Position numbers and translations under genes: made by a program. A model generated the notes under the pieces. It was not told the origin of the DNA. It worked only from the letters and a program-made list of their open reading frames with translations, and ran no database searches. A stretch of 32,000 nucleotides of DNA from contig NC_017080.1 in NCBI RefSeq assembly GCF_000284115.1, positions 900,001-932,000 on the forward strand. The letters run 5' to 3'. The stretch's first letter is position 1; each line of letters begins with the position of its first letter. Positions 6,799 through 14,576 of this stretch are shown one piece after another. Source of the DNA: Phycisphaera mikurensis NBRC 102666 (GTDB lineage Bacteria > Planctomycetota > Phycisphaerae > Phycisphaerales > Phycisphaeraceae).

Positions 6799-8223
6799 AT
6801 GAGACGTACGCGTGGAACGTGGTTGCCGCTGCTGGGGGTCGGGGCCGTCGCGGCCCTGTTCGCCGGGCAGGCGATGGGCCAGGACGAGGCGGAGGCCGTG
6901 GTCGCCACGGCAGACAGCGCCACCCAGGCCGCCGCGGATGCGGCGTTCATGACGAACAACCTGTGGATCCTGATCGCGGCGGTGCTCGTGTTCTCGATGC
7001 ACCTGGGCTTCGGCTGCCTCGAGGCGGGCCTGACCCGGGCGAAGAACACGGTCAACATCCTCACGAAGAACACGATGATCGTGCTCATCGGGGTGCTGAC
7101 CTACGGCATCTGCGGCTTCAACCTCATGTACCCCGGCTTCGCCGATGACAGCGGCGGCTTCTTCGGCTTCGCCGGGATGTTCCCGTGGGGTGCGGGCCCG
7201 GCCGCCGCCGACCAGACGGCCGCCTACGCGGACTACACCTACTACGCCGACTTCCTCTTCCAGGCGATGTTCGCGGCCACCGCGGCGACCATCGTCTCGG
7301 GTGCGGTCGCCGGCCGCGTGAAGCTCGGGCCGTTCCTCATCTTCTCGACGCTGTTCGTGGGCCTCGCCTACCCGATCGCCGGTTCCTGGAAGTGGGGCGG
7401 CGGCTGGCTCGACGCGATGGGCTTCTACGACTTCGCCGGCTCGTCGATCGTTCACGCCTTCGGCGGCGGCGGTGCCCTCATGGGTGCCCTGCTGCTGGGC
7501 CCGCGCCTCGGCAAGTACGCCGAGGACGGATCGGTTCACCCGATCCCCGGCCACAACATCCCGCTCGCCTTCATCGGCGTCTTCGTGCTGTGGCTCGGCT
7601 GGTTCGGCTTCAACGGCGGCTCGGTGCTCTCGGCCGATCCGGACCTCGTTTCCAAGGCCATGACGACCACCGCCATCGCGGCCAGCTCCGGCGGCGTCGC
7701 GGCGTACTTCGTCACCCGCCTGATGGCCGGCAAGCCCGACCTGTCGATGATCCTCAACGGCATCCTCGCCGGCCTGGTGGGCATCACCGCCGGCGCCGAC
7801 ACGATGCACATCGGCTCGGCCTCGATCGTCGGCCTCATCGCCGGCGTGATCGTGGTCTTCAGCGTCTACTTCTTCGACAAGGTCAAGATCGACGACCCCG
7901 TGGGCGCCATCTCCGTGCACGGCGTGTGCGGCCTGTGGGGCACCATCGCCGTGGGCATCTTCGGCGTGGCGGATTACCTCGGCACCACCGACGACGGCAC
8001 GCAGGTCGGCAACATCGTGGTGCAGGTGATCGGCACGCTCACCTACTTCCTGTTCGCCTGCATCGTCGCGGGCATCCTCTTCGGCATCCTCAAGGCCATG
8101 GGCCAGCTCCGCGTGTCCGCGGAGGAGGAGATCGAGGGCCTGGACCTCGGCGAGCACGACGCCAACGCGTACCCGGACTTCCAGCAGACCTACATCAAGA
8201 GCTACCACGCGGGCGAGCTTTGA
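6799..8223 (+). CDS. amtB: Ammonium transporter AmtB
   Basis: Track ORF 6742..8223. The preferred start is ATG 6799, preceded by GGAG (ttggagtatttgaagATG), giving the signal-like N-terminus MRRTRGTWLPLLGVGAVAALFAGQAMG. Amt-family signatures are present: DFAGSSIVHAFGGGGALMGALLLGPR, LWLGWFGFNGGS and ISVHGVCGLWGT. Confidence 0.95.
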   Translation: MRRTRGTWLPLLGVGAVAALFAGQAMGQDEAEAVVATADSATQAAADAAFMTNNLWILIAAVLVFSMHLGFGCLEAGLTRAKNTVNILTKNTMIVLIGVLTYGICGFNLMYPGFADDSGGFFGFAGMFPWGAGPAAADQTAAYADYTYYADFLFQAMFAATAATIVSGAVAGRVKLGPFLIFSTLFVGLAYPIAGSWKWGGGWLDAMGFYDFAGSSIVHAFGGGGALMGALLLGPRLGKYAEDGSVHPIPGHNIPLAFIGVFVLWLGWFGFNGGSVLSADPDLVSKAMTTTAIAASSGGVAAYFVTRLMAGKPDLSMILNGILAGLVGITAGADTMHIGSASIVGLIAGVIVVFSVYFFDKVKIDDPVGAISVHGVCGLWGTIAVGIFGVADYLGTTDDGTQVGNIVVQVIGTLTYFLFACIVAGILFGILKAMGQLRVSAEEEIEGLDLGEHDANAYPDFQQTYIKSYHAGEL

Positions 8224-8291
8224 TCCGCTGCTGACGCTCGGGCGCCGCACCGCGTCGCCCGCCCCACCCACCACGAACAAGGAACACTGAC

Positions 8292-8630
8292 ATGCACATG
8301 ATCGAAGCGATCATCAAGCCGTCGAGCATCGACGGCATCAAGAGCAAGCTCGCGGGCCTGGGCATCCTGGGCATGACCGCCCTGGAGTGCAAGGGCTTCG
8401 GCAAGCAGAAGGGCCACACCGAGCGCTACCGCGGCGGCCGGATGGACGTGGGCTTCGTGCCCAAGGTCACCCTGAAGATCGCCGTCCGCGAGGAAGACCT
8501 CGAGAAGGCGATCTCGGCCATCGAGTCCGCCGCCCGGACCGGAAACGTCGGCGACGGCAAGGTCTTCGTCTACCCGCTGGCCAAGGTCGTGCGGATCCGC
8601 ACCGGCGAGACCGACAACGACGCGCTCTGA
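8292..8630 (+). CDS. glnK: Nitrogen regulatory protein P-II (GlnB/GlnK family), amtB-linked
   Basis: The 112-aa product MHMIEAIIKP...KGFGKQKGHTERYRGG...GDGKVFVYPLAKVVRIRTGETDNDAL aligns without gaps over the first 59 residues to E. coli GlnB/GlnK (from memory). An AAGGAA ribosome-binding site lies upstream, and the gene starts 68 nt after amtB. Confidence 0.95.
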   Translation: MHMIEAIIKPSSIDGIKSKLAGLGILGMTALECKGFGKQKGHTERYRGGRMDVGFVPKVTLKIAVREEDLEKAISAIESAARTGNVGDGKVFVYPLAKVVRIRTGETDNDAL

Positions 8631-8669
8631 CTCGCCTTCGGCGGGTGACGCGGCGACCAATCGACACCG

Positions 8670-8698
8670 GACCCGCGGCCGCAAGGCCGCGGGTCTTT
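8670..8698 (+). terminator. Rho-independent terminator after glnK
   Basis: GACCCGCGGCC (8670..8680), loop GCAA, GGCCGCGGGTC (8685..8695), then TTT (8696..8698). It lies 40 nt after the glnK stop. Confidence 0.65.
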
Positions 8699-8769
8699 AC
8701 GCGTGCGCGGCGGGCCGTGCCGGCGGGGGCCGCTGCCGCCCGCCGCGGAGGCCGCCTGCCGCTGCGCAC

Positions 8770-8819
8770 CCGCGGACCGTCGCCGCTGCGGCGCCAAACC
8801 GGCCGCGGTCCGCGGATTT
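8770..8819 (+). terminator. Second, longer hairpin (10-bp outer stem) followed by ATTT, just upstream of the next gene; a terminator or other RNA/DNA structure
   Basis: CCGCGGACCG (8770..8779) pairs with CGGTCCGCGG (8806..8815). The 26-nt interior contains CGCCG-CTG-CGGCG, and the stem is followed by ATTTA. The large loop makes this a weak call. Confidence 0.3.
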
Positions 8820-8830
8820 ACGCTCGGCCC

Positions 8831-11077
8831 GTGGCCGATGCCTCCTCCGCCGAGAACCGGGGTCCCGCCCGGCGCCTGCTCGGCCCGCTCGCGGTCCTCG
8901 TCGCGCTGCCGGTCCTGATGTCCGCGTGGATCCCGACGCTCCCGCGGCTGGACTTCGACCTCGACCCGCGGATCCCCACCGCCGGCGTCCGCGTGACGCT
9001 GGGCGCCGCGGGCTTCGGCTGGCTGGCGCTGTGGGGCACGGCGGCGGCGTGGGCGGGCGTGGCGGCTTCGGTGGCGGCGGGGGGGCGGCTGCGCTGGAGG
9101 AGCACGCTGCTGGTGCTCGCCGGCGTCGCGGCGGCGGCGTGGCACCTGCCGTCGAGCTTCGATGACGCTTACCACGGCCTCGGCTGGGTCTGGGCCGCTT
9201 CGGCGGGTCTGGCGGCGGCCCACCTGGGCCGCCACGCCGCGGCCTGGCGCTGGCTGCTCGCGTTGCCGGTCGGCCTGCTCGTCCCGCTGCTCTGCCAGGC
9301 GCTGTCCTACCGCCTGGTGACCCATCCGGCGACGGTGGCGGCGTACGAGGCGGCGACCGCGGCGGGCACGTGGTCGGGGCCGGGCTCGGACGATCCCCAC
9401 GGGGCGGCGGCCCGGCTCTACGAGCGGCGGCTGCGGATCAACGACGCCACCGGGCCCTTCGGCTTCGCGAACGTGCTGGGCACCGTGGCGGCGGCGCTGG
9501 CGCTGGCGGCGCTGGCGACGCTCCCGCGGCCACGCGGGGCACACGCCTGGGCGGGCGTGGCCGCCGCGGCGGCGGGCGTCGCGCTGGTGGGGCTCACCCG
9601 CTCGGCCGGCGCGGCGGCGGCGCTCGCGGCGGGCGCGTGCCTGCTGGCGGCGGCTTGGGCGACGGCGGGGCGGCTCCCGCCGCGCGTCCGGCGTCCGGCG
9701 TTGGCGGTCCTCGCGGTCGGCGCCGTCGCCGGCGTGGTCGCGGTGGTGATCGCCCGCGGCGTCGCCGGCGTGCCGACGCCGGAGGTCGGCGTGGACGCCG
9801 AGCGGACGCTGCTCTTCCGCAGCCAGTACTGGAGCGGAGCGGCGCAGCTCTGGGCCGGCGGCGCCGCCTGGCTGGGCCTTGGCGCCGGCGGCTTCGGCGA
9901 GGCGTACGCGCGGGTGAAGAGCGAGCTGGCGCCCGAGTCGGTGACCAGCACGCACAACGTGCTGATCGACTACGCGGTGATGCTGGGGCTCGGCGGGCTG
10001 GCCTGGGCGGCCCTCCTGCCGGGCTGGCTCGGCCGGGCGGCGTGGTCGCAGCCGCCTCGCGGTGGCGTGGAGGAGGAGAAGCCGGGCCCCATCGAGCGCC
10101 CCGAGGCCTACGCCGTCGCCGCCTTGGCGGCGGTGCTCTTCGCCTCCGAGGCCTGGATCCGGCTGCCGGAGCTCGCGGGGGCCGACCTGCTCTGGCGTGC
10201 CGCGGCGGCGGCCGGCTTCGTCGGCCTCGTGCTCGCGGCGCGGCGGGCCGGCCGGCGCGGGGCGGCCCTCGCCACGCTGGCCGCCGCGACCGCGGCGCTC
10301 GTGCACGGGCAGCTGGACATGGGCTTCCACCAGCCGCCCGCGGCGCCGCTGCTCTGGTTGCTGGTCGGCCTCGCCGCCGGCGCGGCGGGGAGGCCTCCAG
10401 CGGCGGGGGCCCGCCGCGTCGCACCGGAGGCGCGCGTCCCGCTCGTCCCGCTCGTCCCGATTGCCGTGGCCGCCGTGGCCGCCGTGGGCGTCGTCGCGGT
10501 CGCGCAAGCCCGGCTCGTGGCCCACGCCTCCGCCCTCGCCGAAGCGGCGGCGCTCGTGCGGGCCCAGCGGCCCGACCTCGCGCTCCCGCGGCTGGAGCGG
10601 GCCGGCGTCGCCGTCGGCCGCGACCGCGTGACGACCCGGTGGCGGGGCCGGCTGCTCCTGGAGGCGGCGGCGGCCGCGGCGGGTGCGGGCGATCCGGCGG
10701 CCGCCGCCGCGCTCTACGACCGCATCGCCACGACGCTCGGCCCGGCGGACCCGACGCTCGGCGGGGAGGCCCGGCTGCGCGAGGCCGACGCGCGGCTCGC
10801 CGCCGGCGCGGGCGCTCCCGCGGCCGCCGCGCTCCGCGGGCGGGCCGTCGCCTTCCTCGAGACCGCCGCCGCGGCGTCGCCGACCCGGCCCGAGCGCCGC
10901 CTCCGCCTCGGCGAGGCGCGGCTGGCCGCGGGCGATCGCGCCGGCGCCGCGGCGGACTTCGCCGAGGCCCTTCGCCTCGACGCGCTGCTCTACCTGGACC
11001 CCGACACGCAGATGCGGGCCGCCGAGCGGGCGGACTTAGAGGAGCGCCTCCGCCGGCTCACCGCGGCCAGCCGCTGA
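8831..11077 (+). CDS. O-antigen ligase/polymerase-like (Wzy_C-type) polytopic membrane protein with a C-terminal TPR-like domain
   Basis: Same frame as track ORF 8387..11077, whose 5' part overlaps glnK and both hairpins. The first plausible start is GTG 8831 (VADASSAENRGPARRLLGPLAVLVALPVL...). There are many TM segments. The motif LGLGAGGFGEAY...STHNVLIDYAVMLGLGGL matches the O-antigen-ligase signature G.G.G.F...HN..L....E.G..G. The C-terminal Ala-rich helical repeats (AAGDRAGAAADFAEALRLD) are TPR-like. The start is uncertain. Confidence 0.75.
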   Translation: MADASSAENRGPARRLLGPLAVLVALPVLMSAWIPTLPRLDFDLDPRIPTAGVRVTLGAAGFGWLALWGTAAAWAGVAASVAAGGRLRWRSTLLVLAGVAAAAWHLPSSFDDAYHGLGWVWAASAGLAAAHLGRHAAAWRWLLALPVGLLVPLLCQALSYRLVTHPATVAAYEAATAAGTWSGPGSDDPHGAAARLYERRLRINDATGPFGFANVLGTVAAALALAALATLPRPRGAHAWAGVAAAAAGVALVGLTRSAGAAAALAAGACLLAAAWATAGRLPPRVRRPALAVLAVGAVAGVVAVVIARGVAGVPTPEVGVDAERTLLFRSQYWSGAAQLWAGGAAWLGLGAGGFGEAYARVKSELAPESVTSTHNVLIDYAVMLGLGGLAWAALLPGWLGRAAWSQPPRGGVEEEKPGPIERPEAYAVAALAAVLFASEAWIRLPELAGADLLWRAAAAAGFVGLVLAARRAGRRGAALATLAAATAALVHGQLDMGFHQPPAAPLLWLLVGLAAGAAGRPPAAGARRVAPEARVPLVPLVPIAVAAVAAVGVVAVAQARLVAHASALAEAAALVRAQRPDLALPRLERAGVAVGRDRVTTRWRGRLLLEAAAAAAGAGDPAAAAALYDRIATTLGPADPTLGGEARLREADARLAAGAGAPAAAALRGRAVAFLETAAAASPTRPERRLRLGEARLAAGDRAGAAADFAEALRLDALLYLDPDTQMRAAERADLEERLRRLTAASR

Positions 11078-11969
11078 CCGCCACCGCCGGCAGCCCCGTC
11101 GCCGCCCCCGCCCGCCTCGCCGCGTCGGCCGCTTGCGCCGCGTCCTCGGCGAGCACGAAGACGGTGCTGCCCGAGCCGGTGATCCTCGCGTCCAGCCCCG
11201 CCCCCGCCAACGCCTCGAGCACCCGCCGCAGGGCCGGCCGCACCGCGCACGCCGGCTCCGCCAGGGCGTTGCCGAGCGCCGCCAGCGCCCGCCAGCCCGC
11301 CTCCGCCGCCGCCCGGGCCTTCCCGGGATCCGACCGGCCCGCGGGCGGTGCCGCGTCGAAGGCGGCGAAGACCGAGCCCGTCGGGCAGCCGAACGCCGGG
11401 AACACCAGCGCCGCGTGCAGCCCGGCCCCGGGCGGGCGCGGGAGCGGTTGGACCGCCTCGCCGAAGCCGCCGACCAGCGCCAGCGGCCGCCCGCGGATCG
11501 CGGCCAGCGCGAAGGGGACGTCGCTGCCGAGGCCGGCCGCGAGCCCGGTGAGCGCCGCCTCCTCCACCGCCCCCGGCCACAGCCGGTCCATCGCCGCGAG
11601 CACGCCCGCCGCGTCGGCCGAGCCCCCGCCGAGCCCGCCGCCGCAGGGAATCCGCTTGCTCAGCGTGAGCCGGACGTCCGGCCGCGTGCCCGCCTCCGCG
11701 GCGAAAGCCTCGGCGGCCCGCCAGGCGAGGTCCCGCTCCGCCGGCCAGTCCAGCGGCGTGGGCGCGGCCGCCGAGGCCGCCCAGGTGCGCGCCAGCGACA
11801 GCCCCGCGCCGTCGCGTCGCTCTGCCTCCAGGTCGTCCACCAGGTCGATCGCGGCCATGGCCGACAGCACCGGGTGCCGCCCGCCCGCCTCCGCCGGGGG
11901 GCCGACGTGCAGGAAGAGGTTCAGCTTCGCCGGGCAACGCAGGACGACCGCCTCGCCCGCTTTGCTCAC
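11058..11969 (-). CDS. ispE: 4-diphosphocytidyl-2-C-methyl-D-erythritol kinase (MEP pathway)
   Basis: Inner part of track ORF 11058..12164. The GTG start at 11969 gives VSKAGEAVVLRCPAKLNLFLHV..., matching the IspE N-terminus PAKLNLFL. The GHMP-kinase motif KRIPCGGGLGGGSADAAGVLAAM is present, and the C-terminal ITGSGSTVF matches IspE SGSG/TGTG. Confidence 0.9.
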   Translation of the reverse strand: MSKAGEAVVLRCPAKLNLFLHVGPPAEAGGRHPVLSAMAAIDLVDDLEAERRDGAGLSLARTWAASAAAPTPLDWPAERDLAWRAAEAFAAEAGTRPDVRLTLSKRIPCGGGLGGGSADAAGVLAAMDRLWPGAVEEAALTGLAAGLGSDVPFALAAIRGRPLALVGGFGEAVQPLPRPPGAGLHAALVFPAFGCPTGSVFAAFDAAPPAGRSDPGKARAAAEAGWRALAALGNALAEPACAVRPALRRVLEALAGAGLDARITGSGSTVFVLAEDAAQAADAARRAGAATGLPAVAVSGWPR

Positions 11970-12664
11970 TCGGCGGCCACCACGGGCTCCGCTCCGGCGG
12001 CCACGCCGTTTCGCTCCGAGGCGGGTGCCGCCCCCAGCGCCCGCATCGCCTCGGCCTCGTCGTCGCCGCGGCCTTCCATCTCGCCGAGCAGCAGCCGGCC
12101 GTGGAGACCGCCCCAGTGGCCGCAGGCCGCCTCGGCATCGCCGCACTGGCCGTGGTCGGACCACGCCGCCAGGAGGCGCCGCAGGACCGGGGGCATCGCC
12201 GCGGGCTCGTTGGCGCCGCGGCCGAGCGTCGACAGCCAGAACATCAGGCGGTACTGCTCGGGCCGCCGGGCGGCCGCCGCCACGAAGGCCCGCGTCGTCG
12301 CCTCCAGCGGGGCGCCCGCCTCGGCCGCCTCCGCGACGGGGGTGAAGCGGCCCTGCACGACCGCATCGAGCAGCTGGTTCTTGTCGGTGAAGTGGCGGTA
12401 GATCGAGCCCACCGCGCAGTCCAGCCGCGAGGCGATGACGCGGATCGTCGTGCCGTGGAAGCCTTTCTCGTCGAGCACCTCCGCGGTGGCCCGCAGCACC
12501 GCCTCGGGATCGAGCGGCGGGGCCGCCGGCCGGGGCGGCTGGTGAGGCCTCGATCCGCCCGGCGGCTTCGTGCCCCCGGTCCGGCTCCCGGCGTCCGCCG
12601 GGCCGCCACCGCCGCCGCCGCCGCCGATGTCCCCGTCCCGCACGCCGTCCTTGGTGTTGCTCAT
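11966..12664 (-). CDS. TetR/AcrR-family transcriptional regulator
   Basis: Inner part of track ORF 11966..13366. The ATG at 12664 is preceded by GGAGGA (cacGGAGGAcaccaacATG). The TetR helix-turn-helix is ATAEVLDEKGFHGTTIRVIASRLDCAVGSIYRHFTDKNQLLDAVV. The N-terminal tail contains a Gly8 run. Confidence 0.9.
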   Translation of the reverse strand: MSNTKDGVRDGDIGGGGGGGGPADAGSRTGGTKPPGGSRPHQPPRPAAPPLDPEAVLRATAEVLDEKGFHGTTIRVIASRLDCAVGSIYRHFTDKNQLLDAVVQGRFTPVAEAAEAGAPLEATTRAFVAAAARRPEQYRLMFWLSTLGRGANEPAAMPPVLRRLLAAWSDHGQCGDAEAACGHWGGLHGRLLLGEMEGRGDDEAEAMRALGAAPASERNGVAAGAEPVVAAE

Positions 12665-12823
12665 GTTGGTGTCCTCCGTGATGTAGAAACCGGCGGCCGC
12701 GCCGGGCCCCGGAGCCGCGACTCTACCGGGCGTGGCCCGCCGCGTCGGCGGCCCGTCCGGTGGTCCCGACGCGGCCGCGGAATCGACGGAAACACGGGCC
12801 CGCGAACGCCGATCCCCCCGCTT

Positions 12824-13318
12824 ATGAACCTCGACCCGAAGCCGAACGACGACCGCGACGAGCGTCCCCAAGCCGGGGCCGCGGGCCCCCGCGTCCTCCG
12901 CCGCGACCCCGCCGGCCTGGCGGTGGCGATCGCGGTCACCCTCCGCGTCCGCTACCCCGAGTGCGATCCCATGCGGGTCGCCCACCACGGCGTCTACGCC
13001 TCCTGGTTCGAGATCGCACGCACCGAGCTGCTCCGCGCCCGGGGCCTGTCCTACCGCGACTGCGAGGCCTCGGGCGTCTACTTCGTCGTCGCCCGCCTCT
13101 CCACCCGCTTCCGCCGCCCGGCCGCCTACGACGACCTGCTGGCGGTCGAGGTGGAGGCCACCGCCTCCGCCGGCGTCAAGATCGAGCACCGGTACCGCCT
13201 GCTCCGCGGGTCCGAGCTGCTCGCCACCGGGGAGACCACGCTGGCCTGCGTCGACGCCGGCGGCCGCCTCCAGCCCGTGCCCGCGGCCCTGCTCGCGTCC
13301 GCAGCGCCCGGGGGCTGA
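12824..13318 (+). CDS. Acyl-CoA thioesterase, 4HBT/YbgC family (hotdog fold)
   Basis: Inner part of track ORF 12101..13318, with ATG at 12824. The sequence LRVRYPECDPMRVAHHGVYASWFEIARTELLRARGLSY...GVYFVVARLSTRFRRPAAYDDLLAVEV fits the YbgC-type pattern v.Y.DtD..G.V.H..Y...fE.AR. Confidence 0.85.
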   Translation: MNLDPKPNDDRDERPQAGAAGPRVLRRDPAGLAVAIAVTLRVRYPECDPMRVAHHGVYASWFEIARTELLRARGLSYRDCEASGVYFVVARLSTRFRRPAAYDDLLAVEVEATASAGVKIEHRYRLLRGSELLATGETTLACVDAGGRLQPVPAALLASAAPGG

Positions 13319-13448
13319 AGCGAAGGATCCGGCCGGGGCGGGGCCCAACAGCAGGAGGGAAGCCACGCCCGGGCGGGCCGCTCGCCCGGAGCGGTCGGCG
13401 AGGCGGACCGGCGTCGGGGACCCGGGAGCCCGCCGCTGCGGCCGCGGC

Positions 13449-14438
13449 TCAGGGGCCCGGCAGGTGCTCCTCGCAGAAGCACCGGGTCTCCTCGCCGACC
13501 CTGGCGTACCGGAAGTCCGCCTCCGGGTCGGTGAGGTCCGTCTTCCCGCACACGCTGCACGCGTGGAAGGGCTCGCCCGCTTCCGCGAGGGCCGCCCGCT
13601 TCCGCTGCATCTGGCGGTGCCCGCCGCGGACCCTCCGCACCACGTCGGGGCCGAAGAACAGGAAGAAGTTCAGCGTCGCCGCCGCGACCATCGCCGGGCC
13701 GTTCCAGTCGCCCGCCCCCACCCCGACGAAGACCACGAAGCCGTAGCTCAGCCAGGTCAGGAGCGCCAGCCACTTCACCTTCACCGGGAGGATGAAGAAC
13801 AGCAGGATCTGGAAGTCGGGGTAGAGGAAGGCGAAGGCGAGGAAGACCGACCCCACCAGGTAGGCGTTCGTCAGGTAGCCGCCGGGCACCAGCAGCGCGA
13901 CGGCGACGCTCGCCGCCCAGCCGATCGCCCAGAACAGCGTGTACCGGCCGGCGCCCCAGGCGTTCTCCAGCGCCGTCCCCATGAGGTACAGCAGGTAGAA
14001 GGCGAAGAACAGGAACAGCGGGTTGCTCGCCGGCGGCAGCATCAGGAAGCCCAGCGCCCGCCACCACTCGCCAGCACGCAGCTTCGCCCCGTCCAGCGCG
14101 AGGCCCGGGAGGACGTTGGGGTCCAGCTGGGCGGCGACCCAGACCACCGCCTGCACCGCGATGACCGCGACCGTCAGGTTGGGGATGGCGAGGAAGGCCA
14201 GCTTCCGTTGGATGCCGGGCGGGCGCTTCACGGGGCGGAGGGTATGGGGTTCCTCGGGGCGTGAGGACACGCGGGGGGGGGGGGGGGCGCCGGGCAAGGC
14301 TTCGGGGGTAGGGGTAGGTCGCGGGGGGCAGTTCTTCAGCGGTGAGGCGGCGCTGGCCTGGGTCGCGGGCGGGCTGCGTGCTTCCCGACTTCCGAGCGAG
14401 AGCCCGTGCTCGCAGGACCTCCCGCGCCCGAGCGACAC
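13449..14438 (-). CDS. Rhomboid-like polytopic membrane protein with a C-terminal Cys-rich (zinc-ribbon-like) tail; the N-terminal boundary is uncertain
   Basis: Maximal track ORF with GTG at 14438 preceded by GGGAGGGG. The first 56 codons are Pro/Ser/Ala-rich, include the C15/G15 tract, and have atypically high second-position GC, so GTG 14270 immediately after the tract is an alternative start. The core GEWWRALGFLMLP...LYLMGTALENAWGAGRYTLFWAIGW resembles rhomboid TM2-TM3 (GEWWRL...G..lE...G..RF). The tail is FHACSVCGKTDLTDPEADFRYARVGEETRCFCEEH. Confidence 0.7.
   Translation of the reverse strand: MSLGRGRSCEHGLSLGSREARSPPATQASAASPLKNCPPRPTPTPEALPGAPPPPRVSSRPEEPHTLRPVKRPPGIQRKLAFLAIPNLTVAVIAVQAVVWVAAQLDPNVLPGLALDGAKLRAGEWWRALGFLMLPPASNPLFLFFAFYLLYLMGTALENAWGAGRYTLFWAIGWAASVAVALLVPGGYLTNAYLVGSVFLAFAFLYPDFQILLFFILPVKVKWLALLTWLSYGFVVFVGVGAGDWNGPAMVAAATLNFFLFFGPDVVRRVRGGHRQMQRKRAALAEAGEPFHACSVCGKTDLTDPEADFRYARVGEETRCFCEEHLPGP
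14273..14287. repeat. Homopolymeric G15 (C15 on the minus strand) tract
   Basis: Read directly: gc-ggggggggggggggg-cgcc at 14273..14287. On the minus strand it reads gcC CCC CCC CCC CCC Cgc (APPPPR) in the frame of ORF 13449..14438. Confidence 0.95.
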
Positions 14439-14576
14439 CTCGCCCCTCCCAACCGCCTCCTCTGGGGCCTAATCCCTATCCCTGTCCCCTCTCTCGGCAA
14501 CCCTTGCCCCCGCCCCATCCCACCCCCACCCGGCCGGATTCGAGCCCCGCCGCCCCCGCTCCCGATAGCACGCCCC

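Noticed and set aside
8570-12345. Long ORFs 8570..10525 (-), 9370..12345 (+), 10990..12138 (-) and 11133..12401 (+)
   Set aside because: They are Arg/Pro/Gly-rich shadows of the O-antigen-ligase-like gene, ispE and the TetR gene.
14525-14565. GGATTCGAGCCCC, reminiscent of a tRNA T-arm
   Set aside because: The flanking bases do not pair into a T-stem, no acceptor or anticodon arms can be drawn, and there is no CCA context.
14406-14576. A 57-codon Pro-rich N-terminal extension of ftsW, which would overlap the divergent ORF's 5' end
   Set aside because: Third-position GC is about 74% by hand count, lower than the near-uniform G/C third positions visible in the gene body. The peptide is low-complexity Pro-rich. 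I treat it as non-coding leader.
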